NCBI GenBank assembly: GCA_963817895.1
Contig: CAWFQB010000011.1
Location: forward strand, 64,001-128,000
Direction: 5' to 3'
DNA length: 64,000 bases
DNA from: an uncultured Chthonomonadaceae bacterium
GTDB taxonomy: Bacteria > Armatimonadota > Chthonomonadetes > Chthonomonadales > Chthonomonadaceae
Within the stretch, counting starts at the first letter, position 1, and every line of letters starts with the position of its first letter. Below are positions 53,108 to 64,000 of this stretch, piece after piece. A program made the position numbers and the translations under genes. The notes under the pieces were generated by a model. The model was not told the DNA's origin, did no database searches, and saw nothing but the letters and a program-made list of their open reading frames with translations.

Positions 53108-53415
53108 TCTTGTTTCCTCACTTAACCTTTTCCTGCCCCCTTTGTGGCAATGGCAGGCAAAAGACGCGCCGGGCTGCCGCCTTGTTCTGGCAAAGCGTTG
53201 TATGCTAAAACCATATCGTTTTCAATGTTTGGAAGGAATATAACATCTTCGCAGGGAATAAGCAGATAGTCACAATTAAATAATGCTTTGTCTTGAACCA
53301 TGATTTTCATGATTTATTGGATCACCATGATCCGGCGCACTCAACATGGTAATCCTTTAATCACATAAATCATGGTTCAAGACAAGAAGATTCCGGCTGT
53401 GTAAAGGATAGAAAC

Positions 53416-56158
53416 GTGTCGGGAATGGTAACGCTAATTCTAATGGGGACACTGGCTCTGTTGCCGCTGCTGGCAGTGGGGCAGTCGGCTGCGCCTGCGA
53501 GTGACCCCACCACCTTGCAATGGCCTCCCGTAACGCGGCAAACCAAGCCCTGGACGCGCTGGTGGTGGTTGGGCAGCGCGGTTGACAGGCCGAATTTAAC
53601 CCGTTTGCTGGAAACATATCATCAGGCCGGATTGGGCGGCGTGGAGATTACGCCCATTTATGGCGTCACGGGGCAGGAGCCGCGAACTCTCGTACCTGTC
53701 GCCCGCCTGGCTGGACGCGCTTAAACATACCCTTGCGGAAGCGCAACGGCTGGATATGGGCGTGGACATGCCTACGGGAACTGGCTGGCCGTTCGGCGGG
53801 CCGCAGGTGAAGACGGATGACGCGCTGGATAAGCTGGCGCTGCTGACCGAACACCTGGCCGGGGGCGCTGTCTCAGCCCTGCGTGTCGGAACCGCGCATC
53901 CGCAGGCATTGCGCGCCATTTCCACAACGGGACAATCTCTGTCGCTGCTGGACAAACTGGACGCAGGGGGCAAATTGAACTGGCAGGCTCCGGCTGGAAA
54001 CGATTGGACGCTTGTTTTTGTTGGCGTCCGGGGTTCGGGAATGAGGGTGAAGCGGGCGGCTCCGGGCGGCGCGGGGCTGTGCATTGACCCGTTTTCAGCT
54101 GCCTCCCTGACACACTATCTGGCGGGATTTGAAACCGCGCTTGCGTCCCTGCCCAAAGGCGCGCTGCGCTGCCACTTTCACGACTCGTTCGAGTATCAAT
54201 CCAACTGGACGCCCGAACTTGTGGACGAGTTTGCGAAACGGCGAGGTTATGACCTGCGCGATCATCTGCTCGCCTTTGCCGGATTGGATACGCCTGATGC
54301 CAATGCCCGCGTCCGAACGGATTACCGCGAAACCGTTTCCAATCTGCTGCTGCAAAATTTCACCCGAACGTGGTCGGACTGGGCGCATCGGCAGGGGAGT
54401 TTGAGCCGCAATCAGGCGCACGGCTCCCCCGGCAACCTGCTCGACCTGTACGGCGCGGTAGACATCCCCGAAACCGAAGTGTTCCGCAGCAAAGGCGACA
54501 TTCGCGTGAGCAAATTCGCCAGTTCCGCCGCGCACGTCATGGGCAAGCCCCTGACTTCCTCGGAAAGCTGCACCTGGCAGAGCGAGCATTTCACGGAAAC
54601 GCTGGCCGATTCCAAACACATTCTCGACCGCCTGCTCGTGGCAGGGATTAACCACATTTTCTATCATGGTACTGCGTACTCGCCCGCAGACGCGGCCTGG
54701 CCCGGATGGCTGTTTTACGCTTCCACGCATTTCGAGCCGAACAACCCGACGTGGCATGACTTCCCCGCGCTCAACGCCTACGTTACGCGCTGCCAGTCCG
54801 TTCTGCAATCCGGCAAGCCGGATAACGATGTATTGCTGTACTGGCCGCTGCACGATTTATGGCAAAAACATCCGCAAACGTTCGGCCTGACGATTGAGGG
54901 CAAATGGCTGGAGGGGGAACCCGTTGGCGACACGGCGCAGCAGTTATGGGATCGGGGCTACGCTTACGATTACATTTCGGATCGGCAGTTGGAACAGGCG
55001 AAGGCGGAGGGTGGCGCGATACGCCTGCCCGGTGGAACGTACAAAACCGTTCTCGCGCCGCCCTGCAAGTTCATGCCCCTGCCGACACTGAAAGCGCTAA
55101 TCATGCTGGCGCAAAATGGCGCGACCATTGTATTCCAGAATCGGTTGCCGCAGGATGTGCCGGGGTTGGGCGATCTGGAAGGGCGGCGAACTGAGTTTCA
55201 CCATTTGCTGAACGCGCTTCATTTTGAGCAGGCGGACGCGAACGGCAACCGGGAGGCTGTTTGCGGCAAAGGCCGTGTAATCACTGGCCCGGATGCGTTT
55301 GCCCTGCTGGAACGCGCCCACATTCGCCGCGAACCCCTTGCGGATCATGCCGGACTGTTGTTTACGCGGCGTTCTTACGCGCGGGGACACCACTATTTTG
55401 TGGTAAATCAGGGGGACAAACCGCTGGATGGATGGGTGGCGCTTGCCGCTCCCGCCCGCTCCGTCGTCCTGATGAACCCCATGACCGGTCAAACGGGAAC
55501 GGCAAAACTGCGGCAGGGCGCGAACGGGCAAATGGAAGCGTATCTGCAATTGCCGCCCGGCGCGTCCCTGATACTCCGAACGCTTACGTCTTCCACAGAC
55601 GCGGGAAAGGCATGGCCGTACCTGCAATCAGCGGGCGAACCGGTCACGCCGACAGGCAAATGGCAGGTGCAATTTCTGGCAGGCGGGCCGAACCTTCCCG
55701 CGCCCTTTACTACAACGACGCTCGGTTCCTGGACGGCAAACGGCGACCCGGAAACGCGGCGGTTCGCGGGAACAGCGCGTTACACGTTCGTATTTGACGC
55801 GCCCCCAACAACCCGAACGCATACGAGCGGCGCGTGGACGCTGGATTTAGGGGATGTACGCGAGTCGGCTGCGGTTCGCCTGAACGGGCAGGAACTCGGA
55901 ACCCTGTTCGCGCCGCCCTTTCAAATGGCTCTCCCCGCGCTGAAGCCGACGGGAAATTTGCTGGAAATGAGCGTGACCAATGTAGCCGCGAACCGCATCC
56001 GCGATCTGGACCGGCGCAAAGTGGCGTGGAAGATTTTCCACGAAATCAACTTCGTCAACATCAATTACAAACCGTTCGACGCTTCCGACTGGCCCATTCG
56101 CCCGTCCGGTCTGCTCGGCCCCGTCCGCCTGCTGCCGATGCAGGTTCTGAACCCCTGA
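53416..56158 (+). CDS. Secreted alpha-L-rhamnosidase (GH106) (frameshifted)
   Basis: KPWTRWWW.G, GGVEI, GTGWPFGG, FHDSFE, QAHGSP, DIPETE, SGLLGPV. Confidence 0.88.
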
Positions 56159-56223
56159 CGCTGCCGCGCTTCCGCAACAACAGATGAAAACGCTCTGGAA
56201 GAACTCAGAAAAGGAATCAGGAT

Positions 56224-58314
56224 ATGACAGCCTACACCCGCGCTACCGTTCCCCCGTTACAGGCAACTGCCGCGCCGCCCGTTACCCAATCCGGGTTGAG
56301 CGCGGAGGAGTGGTTCACGATGGGGCCGGACCAGCAGGACATTCGCCGCAGCCGCCCCTATTTTCTCGTGCCGCTGTTCGAGGACGCGCCTGTCAAGCCC
56401 GGAAAGACGCCACAAATGAAAACCGGTGGCAACGAGTATCAGGATACCCGGCAGGAGGTTCAGGCGCGTATTCGCGCGTTTCTGCTGAAGCAGCGGGAAA
56501 AGCCTGCCGGAGTGGGGCAGGGGCCGGTCACGGATGTATATGTCATCAGTCACGGCTGGCACCGCAACTTTTACGCGGGCATTGCCGCCTATGATCGCCT
56601 GTCCTCCCGGCTCGCGCTGCTGGTGGGCGACGGGCGTATTTCCCTGCTCCCCAACATGCCGTTCAATCCCCTGTTTATCACGCTGCACTGGCACTCCGAC
56701 CCCGGCGACGACGATTGGATGGATAAATCCGGGCGGCGGCACAAGGCCAGCTTCATGGCAGACGCCGCCGGCCTGTTTATGCTGGAATTGGAAAAGGCGA
56801 AGGAGTATTCCACCAAAAGACAATCGCCGCCCGCCACTTACCTGGGGTACAGGCCGGACAGTCTGGATATGGTTCACGACTTCGAGCAGATATTTGAGTA
56901 TTTCTCCGAACTCTCCGCCCCGGACCGCTCCCATACGTGGGATGCCAACCTCACTCAGAACCCGGCGCGATTGAAGCAGATGGCGGAGGATTTGTACGCG
57001 ATTCTGGCCTATTACACGCTCAAAGAGGACTGCTTCGCCCGTCCCGAAGATAAAGTGGTTGTGGCCTGGCGGTGTTATCACGAAGCCGAGTGCAGGGGCG
57101 TTCAGGTGGACGCGGAAAAGCCCGACAACGCCCCGGCCCGGTTCTTGTCGGGCAGCCAGTCCGTCGTTGCCATGGCCCGTTTTGCCACGCTGATACTGGG
57201 ACTGCCCGCCATACTGCTGGTTCTGTCCAAACCCGTCGTGCCATACCTGTTGCATCACTGGCTGGCAACTGTAATAGCGCTGCTGCTGCTGGCTGGTTTG
57301 TCCGCGCTGCTGCTGGAAGAGAACGCGAAGCGGCGGGAAGCGTGGAAGCTGGAACACGCCCGCGAAAAGCCCGAATCCGGCCTGCCCCTGATGCGTGTGG
57401 GCGCGTATCTTGTGCTGCAACTGGTGTGCATTGTGCCAGCGCTCGCGCGCTGCCTGCTGACATACCTGGTTAGCGCGCTTGCGGGCAAACCGCTGGCCTA
57501 CTTGTACGATGAGCGCAGCGTCAATGAAACCATTCCCCCGGAAGTGCGGCTGGCGCGGTATCCGGTACGCATATTAAAGCAGGCTATAGGGCCGGACAGC
57601 GGCGTCATGCCGCTCGCCGACGCGCTGGATTCGCAAATCGCGTTCTGGGAAATGCAGCGCAAGGGCGCGTGGACGGGGGATCAGGCGGGCGAATTTCTGA
57701 AAGAGGTGATTGAGGCCAACCCGGAGACTTTCGCGCCCGCCGCCGAAAAGTCCGCGCCCCGCCTGCATTTGATGGGACACAGTTTCGGCGGATTAGTGGT
57801 CGCGAACATGGCGCGCAAACTGCACACGCTCAAATTGAGCGAACGTATCAATTCGCTGTGCATGTTGGAGGGCGCGATTGCCAGCGGATGGTTGAGCGAC
57901 GAACCCGATATGGTAAAGCAGATTACGCTTGGGAACCGGGGCGTGATTACCTCGATTTTCTCCCGCTACGACACGGCGAATGGCTACATCTATCCCCTTG
58001 TCAATCAGGCGCGGCAGGCGTTGGGAAGCGTGGGGATGTGCGCCGTTTCCTTTGACAGGAATACGCCGCCCATGATTCCCGAATGGCGCAACGGCTTCGC
58101 GTCGCTTGTCTCGCCGCCCGATTTGCAGGTGACGGCTCCCTGTATGCTGAACATAGACGCCAGCCGCCTGGTCTATTACGGCGCTCCGGCGATGGGCGGC
58201 GGGCATGGCGATATTTTCAAAGATGACGTATTGCATCTGCTGTGGGCCGTCACGCACATTCCCGCCCGCCTGCAAGCCGCCGCCCAACAGAACAAAGCGG
58301 CAGAAAGCACGTAG
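56224..58314 (+). CDS. Alpha/beta hydrolase-fold protein with internal TM segments
   Basis: ISHGW, GHSFG nucleophile elbow, C-terminal GHGDI. Confidence 0.7.
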   Translation: MTAYTRATVPPLQATAAPPVTQSGLSAEEWFTMGPDQQDIRRSRPYFLVPLFEDAPVKPGKTPQMKTGGNEYQDTRQEVQARIRAFLLKQREKPAGVGQGPVTDVYVISHGWHRNFYAGIAAYDRLSSRLALLVGDGRISLLPNMPFNPLFITLHWHSDPGDDDWMDKSGRRHKASFMADAAGLFMLELEKAKEYSTKRQSPPATYLGYRPDSLDMVHDFEQIFEYFSELSAPDRSHTWDANLTQNPARLKQMAEDLYAILAYYTLKEDCFARPEDKVVVAWRCYHEAECRGVQVDAEKPDNAPARFLSGSQSVVAMARFATLILGLPAILLVLSKPVVPYLLHHWLATVIALLLLAGLSALLLEENAKRREAWKLEHAREKPESGLPLMRVGAYLVLQLVCIVPALARCLLTYLVSALAGKPLAYLYDERSVNETIPPEVRLARYPVRILKQAIGPDSGVMPLADALDSQIAFWEMQRKGAWTGDQAGEFLKEVIEANPETFAPAAEKSAPRLHLMGHSFGGLVVANMARKLHTLKLSERINSLCMLEGAIASGWLSDEPDMVKQITLGNRGVITSIFSRYDTANGYIYPLVNQARQALGSVGMCAVSFDRNTPPMIPEWRNGFASLVSPPDLQVTAPCMLNIDASRLVYYGAPAMGGGHGDIFKDDVLHLLWAVTHIPARLQAAAQQNKAAEST

Positions 58315-58527
58315 CCCTCAACCGGGCGTCCACCTGTGGACACGGCCCCTTCTCCCATAAAACGCATTTCAACAGCGAAAAGAAACCCGTGTTACGTTTC
58401 AGCGGCGCGAACGTGTATAGCAGGACAAGTCTACGGAAAAGTCGGCAATATGCAGGTGGGAGAACATATCCGGCTGTGGTTCCGTCTGACTGACAGGCCA
58501 AAAGTCATACCCGCAAAGGAACGATAT

Positions 58528-61021
58528 ATGAATTCACTACCGAAAACGAAGACCCTGCGACCCTACAGAACACAATGCGGCAAAACTGGATGGGCGCTGT
58601 TCGCCGGAATGGGAGCCGCGCTGTGCGGTTTGGCCGCGAACGCGCAGGACGCCGACCGGACAGATCGCATCGGCAATCGCCCGCGCATCCGGGCGGGGGC
58701 GGATAACGCCGTCTACGTGTCCCGCATCCCCGGCATCCACGCCGACGCCAGTTTTACCACGCATCGGGGTACGGATGACCGCGCGCTGATACAGGCCGTG
58801 ATGGACTCCGTCGCTGACCGGGAGGGCGGATCGGAGATCATCTTCGACAAACCCGTCGCCATTCGGGGCGGGCTGAAGTACCACAGCAATACCCGGCTGC
58901 GCGGCACAAACGGTGGCGGAATCCTGCTGCTGCCCAACAGCGGCAGCGTCAACAACTTCGCGCTGCGCAACGACGACCCACCCACCATCGAATACGACGG
59001 GGGCGGCAACCCGTCCTACACGCCCGCGTATCCCACGCATGACGTGACCATTGAAGATTTGACCATTGACGGCAACCGGGCCAGAAACTCGGCGGGCAGC
59101 ACCGATCCGCGCCAGCCGCAGGGACAACTGGAAATCAGCCCGAAGAGTTTGAACATGTTCGGATTGTGCGCGTATGGCGTGGAAAACCTGACCATGCGCA
59201 ATGTCACCGTGCATGACAGCCCCAGCTATGCGTTTCATCTGGCGACCGTGCGCCATGTCGTGATGGACGGATGCCGGGCGGAAGTGGGCGGCACGGCTGC
59301 CAATCCGACCCTCATTTACAATTCCAATCAGGACGGTCTGCACGTCAATGGCCCCGCCTCCGACCTGCGCGTGACCGGGTTCAGCGGCACAACCGGCGAC
59401 GATCTGATTGCCCTCAACGCCAACGATGGACATCAATCGGGAAACGGGCCGCGCCACATGTATCCTGTCTGGAACAACTGCGTGTGGCACGGGGACATTA
59501 CGGATTGCGTTTTCGACCGCACCCGAATGGAAAATGGGCTGTTCGGTTTCCGCCTGCTGACGATTACGGACGTGATTGATCGTATCCAGATTCTCCATAC
59601 GCAGGGCGGCACGTTCCAGAACGCGCTGCAAATAGATATTTTTCCCGGCATCGGCCCGCAGACCGGCAGGGTGGGAACCGTGCTTGTGGACGGATGGGTA
59701 TCTCAACGCGCCCGTGTGGGACAGGAACCGGCTCAACGGCGGCGTGGGCAGCGGCGGGGTCAACCCTCCCGCGATCTCGGAAACGCCCAACGATAGCATT
59801 GACCTTTCCAACAGCATGTTTCGATTGGGCGGCAAAATAGATTCGCTCACGCTGCGTAACATTCGGCGCGGAACGAAAGCCCCGTCCCGGCCCCTGGTCT
59901 ACGTCACGGATCGCTTTCAGCAGACCGACATCGGCCAGTTGACCATTGACGGCCTGACCATCGCGGAACCCCGGAACGACGAAATCGCGGAAGCGCAGAT
60001 ATTTGTCGCCGCGCCTGCGGCGGGACACACGACTGCTATCGGCACGCTGCGCGTCGCCAATGTCACCTGGCAGCGCGCGAACGGGCAGCCCGCCAACGCG
60101 CAGCAATCGCGGGGACGGCTGATACAAATCAATGGCGGCAATATAGATCAGGTGCAATTGCAGAACATCACAGGGGGCAACATCGCGCATATTGTGGACA
60201 TCAACGGAACCCGCCAGACTCGCGTAAACACCATTCGCGCGTCCGGCGTCCGCATGGATAATGCCCGCGCTTCGGATGAGGCGTTCGTGTCAGCAGGCCC
60301 GGTTGTCAGCCGCGCGGACTTTACCAACGTCACCACATCGGGGCGGCTTGTCAACAACCGCAGCCGCTTCCCGAACGCGCAGGGCAATGAGGGCGGTTCC
60401 AATTCGGTTCGCAACAATCCCGACCGCAACAACCCTGACCGCGCCAACAACGGCGACCGGACGGCAACGTCCCTTGTGGAGAACTTCGTCGGCAAGGCCA
60501 ACAGCAGTCTGGCGGACACCACGCCCGAACAGCATGGCGGTGTGGGACAGGCGGCATGGACAGGGATTAACGGGAATGATTGGCGATTTACGGGGAGCGG
60601 GGCGGTACGGGCGCGGACGGCGACGGCGGGCGCATTGTACAGCCTTGCCAACGCAGGCTCGAACGTGACCCTCCGCGCCACCTTCAAAACCGGCGATACC
60701 AGTGGCGCGCAAATCGTGCTGCGTTCCAATGACGCCCTGACAGGGTATATTGCCGTCAATCTCGACCCGAACGGCGTCAAGATGTACGACCTGGGCGCGT
60801 CCGGGGATGCCCTGCCCAACGAGGGTCCCGGCGTTGCGGCGAACATGGCGCACAGCGTGGTAATCACCCTGCGCGGCAACAACATCACGGTTACGGTAGA
60901 CGACGAGCCGCCCATCACCAATAAACTGAGCAGCCGCAACGCGAACAATCCGCGCTTCGGCATCCGCAACTACGGCGGCGCGGGCGTGGAATTCAGCGCG
61001 TTTTCCATCAGCAGCCGGTGA
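58528..61021 (+). CDS. Secreted right-handed beta-helix (pectin lyase-like) protein (frameshifted near 59700)
   Basis: GTDD...IQA, TIDGN, NQDGLH, TGDDLIAL. Confidence 0.75.
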
Positions 61022-61170
61022 GGAAACTCACTTAGGTGGAGGATACTTTTCACCTCGCCCTGACCCCTCTCCCTGTCGCGCAACGCGCCGGGAGGGGTTT
61101 TTTCAGTCTTGCAGAAGCAGCCTGTGAGGAGAGTATTAAGCAAATTAGGCCACAAGTACGATAGAGAAAC

Positions 61171-61199
61171 TTGACTCCACCATGCCCATCTAGGATAAT
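61171..61199 (+). promoter_or_regulatory. sigma70-type promoter, probably the original hflX promoter
   Basis: TTGACT-N17-GATAAT. Confidence 0.5.
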
Positions 61200-61204
61200 A
61201 AAGT

Positions 61205-62466
61205 GTAAGCAACCCCATTGCTAAAACGCAGGGGCTTTGTATCTGGTTCTATGTAAGAGCCGATACTATAGGGCGGCTTACTGTTTCGCCCCGTGCTTTC
61301 AAGTTGAGCGCGGCATTGTAGTCCGCGTTCAACTGGAAGCCACACTGTTGACAGTGGAAGGTAGATTGACCTGGACGATTGGCGCGTTCGCAGTGTCCAC
61401 AGGAGGAACAGGTTTGCGAAGAGTACGCGGCTTCTACAATCAGCAGGGGAACGCCTGCCCGTTTGGCTTTGTACTCCACGAACCTTCTCAACTGCTGAAA
61501 CACCCAGTTGCCCAACAGCCAACGCATCTGCTTCGTATAAGCCGAGGCTCGCTGCCGAATTCCTGTGAGGTCTTCAAGCGCGAGTGCCTTTGCAGAGCGG
61601 AGAGCCGATTGAACCAGTTGTTTGCTGAGGTTGTGGTTGACCCAGGTGGTAAAGCGAGATTGCCTGCGCTTTGCTTTGGACAGGTGACGCTTGGCGGAGG
61701 GAGAACCACAACTTTGTAGTCCACGCCGCAGTTCTCTCATGCGGATACGGACTTGCTTGACCGGTTCCCCGGAATAAGCCTGTCCGTCGCTGTCTACCGC
61801 AAGTTGGGTGATGCCGAAGTCCACGCCAATCACGCCATTCGTAGCGATAGCAGGCGGTTCTTCAACATTGCAGGTTGCCAGCAGGTAGAACGAGCCATTG
61901 CTGTATACAAGGTCGCTCTCTCCCTGCCGGGTTTTCAGAAGTTCGCGTTGCGCTTCGCCACAGGAGAACGGAAGGGTGATACGGCCTTGCATTGTCCAGA
62001 TAGAGACAGCGCGCCGTTCCACATACCAGCGCAGGATACGGTCATCATACGCGATAGAGCCATGCGGCTTAAAGGTACGCTGCGTTTTCCTGTCCAGTTT
62101 GTACGCATCCGCCACTTTGCTGATGCACCTGACCACCACCTGCGCCGTCAAGGGGAACTGCGCCCGGAGGTCGTTGTACTGCGCTTTGTGCAGCGCGTAT
62201 TGACCGAACACCTGCGCCTGCCATGCCCATGCGCTCAGAGCGTTACACGCTTCGTTGGCGCGTTCTAAGGTCGCCAGCAACGCTAAAGCGTGTTCGGGAG
62301 TAGTATCAAGTTTCACTTGCGCAATCAGTTTCATGCAGGTAGCATAACACATTTCCTGTAATCGTGTTAAATATAGAGAAGAGTGGACTAAACAGAAAGG
62401 ACAGGGGACACGCCTGCGTCGGGCAGGGAAAGCATTCCTCCCATGCGTCAACGAGGGGTTTCCTAA
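61205..62466 (-). mobile_element. IS200/IS605 family element with TnpB only (IS1341-like); left end approximate
   Basis: Subterminal hairpins at both ends; right end ..GGGGTTGCTTAC; no tnpA. Confidence 0.85.
61249..62334 (-). CDS. tnpB: RNA-guided endonuclease TnpB
   Basis: RuvC D/E/D (GVDFG, ALEDL, NADYNAA); Zn finger CSSC/CQQC. Confidence 0.93.
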   Translation of the reverse strand: MKLIAQVKLDTTPEHALALLATLERANEACNALSAWAWQAQVFGQYALHKAQYNDLRAQFPLTAQVVVRCISKVADAYKLDRKTQRTFKPHGSIAYDDRILRWYVERRAVSIWTMQGRITLPFSCGEAQRELLKTRQGESDLVYSNGSFYLLATCNVEEPPAIATNGVIGVDFGITQLAVDSDGQAYSGEPVKQVRIRMRELRRGLQSCGSPSAKRHLSKAKRRQSRFTTWVNHNLSKQLVQSALRSAKALALEDLTGIRQRASAYTKQMRWLLGNWVFQQLRRFVEYKAKRAGVPLLIVEAAYSSQTCSSCGHCERANRPGQSTFHCQQCGFQLNADYNAALNLKARGETVSRPIVSALT

Positions 62467-62477
62467 TTTGATTTTAG

Positions 62478-63748
62478 ATGACAAAAACATCATTGATTGA
62501 ACTTACGGATGTGGAGCGCGCCATTCTGGTTTCTGTGGAACCGGACACGGAATTGCGCCCCTATGCTATAGAAGAATTGACCGCGCTGACCGAAACGGCG
62601 GGGGCGAATTGTCGTCGGCGAGTTTTACCAGAAGCGCGACCGCCCGGACGCCGCCTACTTCATCGGGTCGGGCAAAACGCAGGAGCTGTTCGCGGGCGTT
62701 CAGGATACGGGCGCGAATCTGGTCATTGTGGACAGCGAACTGTCGCCCGTGCAGGCGCGCAACCTGGAAGAGGCCGTGAAAGTGCGCGTGATTGACCGGA
62801 CGCAGCTGATTCTCGACATCTTCGCGCAGCGCGCCCACACGCGGGAAGGTAAATTGCAGGTCACGCTCGCGCAACTGACCTATCTGCTGCCGCGCCTGGG
62901 CAACCTGTACACCAAGTTCGAGCGGCAGCAGGGCGGTATCGGCGTTCGCGGCGGGCAGGGTGAAACCAAACTGGAAACCGACCGCCGCAAAGTGCGCGAC
63001 ACCATCAGCGATCTGGAAGCGCAGCTGGCCGAAGTCCGCAGCACGCGCACCCAGCAGCGGCTGCACCGCAAGCGCCTGCCGTTTCCCACCGCCGCCCTCG
63101 TCGGCTATACCAGCGCGGGCAAGTCCACCCTGCTCAACACGCTTTCGGGCGCGAAGTTCTTGCCGACCCGAAACTGTTCGCCACGCTCGACCCGACCACG
63201 CGCCGCGTGGTTCTGCCCGACGGCTGGGCCATGCTGCTGACCGATACGGTAGGCTTCATTCGCAATCTGCCCACCCATCTTGTCGCCGCCTTCCGCGCCA
63301 CGCTGGAAGAGACCATTGAGGCGGACTTCCTGATTCACGTCGTGGATGCCAGCCATCCGCATCGCGACGTGCAGATGCAGGCCGTGCAGGAAGTGCTGGA
63401 AGAGTTGGGCGCGGGCGACAAGCCGATGATCACGGTGTTCAACAAGGCCGATCTGGTGAAGGATCAGTACGAGCCTGCGCGAACTGGTCGCCAACACGGA
63501 AAACGCGGTCTACATCTCGGCCAAAACGGCCGAGGGCATGCCGCAGCTGATGGACCGCGTCGTGGAAACGCTGGAAAGCCTGCTGGTACCCGTAACTCTG
63601 CGCGTTCCCTACGACCGCAGCGACATGGTGGCGCAGTGCTACGAGTATGGGCGCGTCCTGCAAAGCCGAATACAGAGAAGACGGCATCCACGTCGATGCC
63701 CGCGTCACGCACTATCTGGCCGGCCGCGTCTATCCCTACTGCGTGTGA
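62478..63748 (+). CDS. hflX: GTPase HflX (frameshifted)
   Basis: [52 protein letters not shown]. Confidence 0.93.
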
Positions 63749-64000
63749 GGAAATACTTTACTACCCGCTGCGCTGGAAGTACAGAGACGCAGAGGAGAAG
63801 AACCGTGTTTTCGCGCTTCCTGGCAGGCGTTGTCCCCTGTTGCCATATATACGCAGCAAGAGCGTGTGTCAAGCGCAAGAAACGCCGTTCGTGAGTAAGG
63901 ATAGATATTTAGAAAATTTTTATTTTTGCAGGACAAACAGGGATTGTGGGCGAACAGGGTTGCGGTGTACAGTCTCGCGGCGCGCGGGCAGAACCGCGCA

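Noticed and set aside
1103..63748. Programmed frameshifts or mass pseudogenisation
   Set aside because: Single-base shifts are scattered through housekeeping genes without slippery-site patterns or other decay; sequencing indels are the simpler explanation.
1..64000. Genome-wide TAG recoding
   Set aside because: Conserved genes (tkt, nurA, SDR, methyltransferase) end at TAG at their expected C-termini, and no conserved gene needs an internal TAG.

Overview
GC-rich bacterial chromosomal window. PEP-CTERM proteins, LLRP-tailed proteins and many sugar-catabolism genes suggest Armatimonadota, but that is inference only. Many genes are broken by 1-nt frameshifts, most likely long-read indel errors. 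Most of the window is carbohydrate metabolism (tkt, galK, GH51, GH106, pfkB, oxidoreductases) plus a TerY-P triad, toxin-antitoxin-like pairs, a TnpB-only IS200/IS605 element and dense REP/short-tandem-repeat hairpins. The most striking locus is 25887-27507: a sigma70 promoter, a leader ORF with TAG at codon 3 running into a terminator, an S24/S26-like peptidase, a tRNA with CUA (amber-reading) anticodon, a second leader ORF with TAG at codon 3 followed by an RSPP stall motif that overlaps an SD-sequestering stem, a hypothetical gene and a Pth2-like peptidyl-tRNA hydrolase. It reads as a candidate switch that senses and amplifies amber read-through. A second notable signal is a ~150-nt element (SD, short R-x-P-stop peptide, conserved hairpin) present twice, upstream of tkt and of galK.
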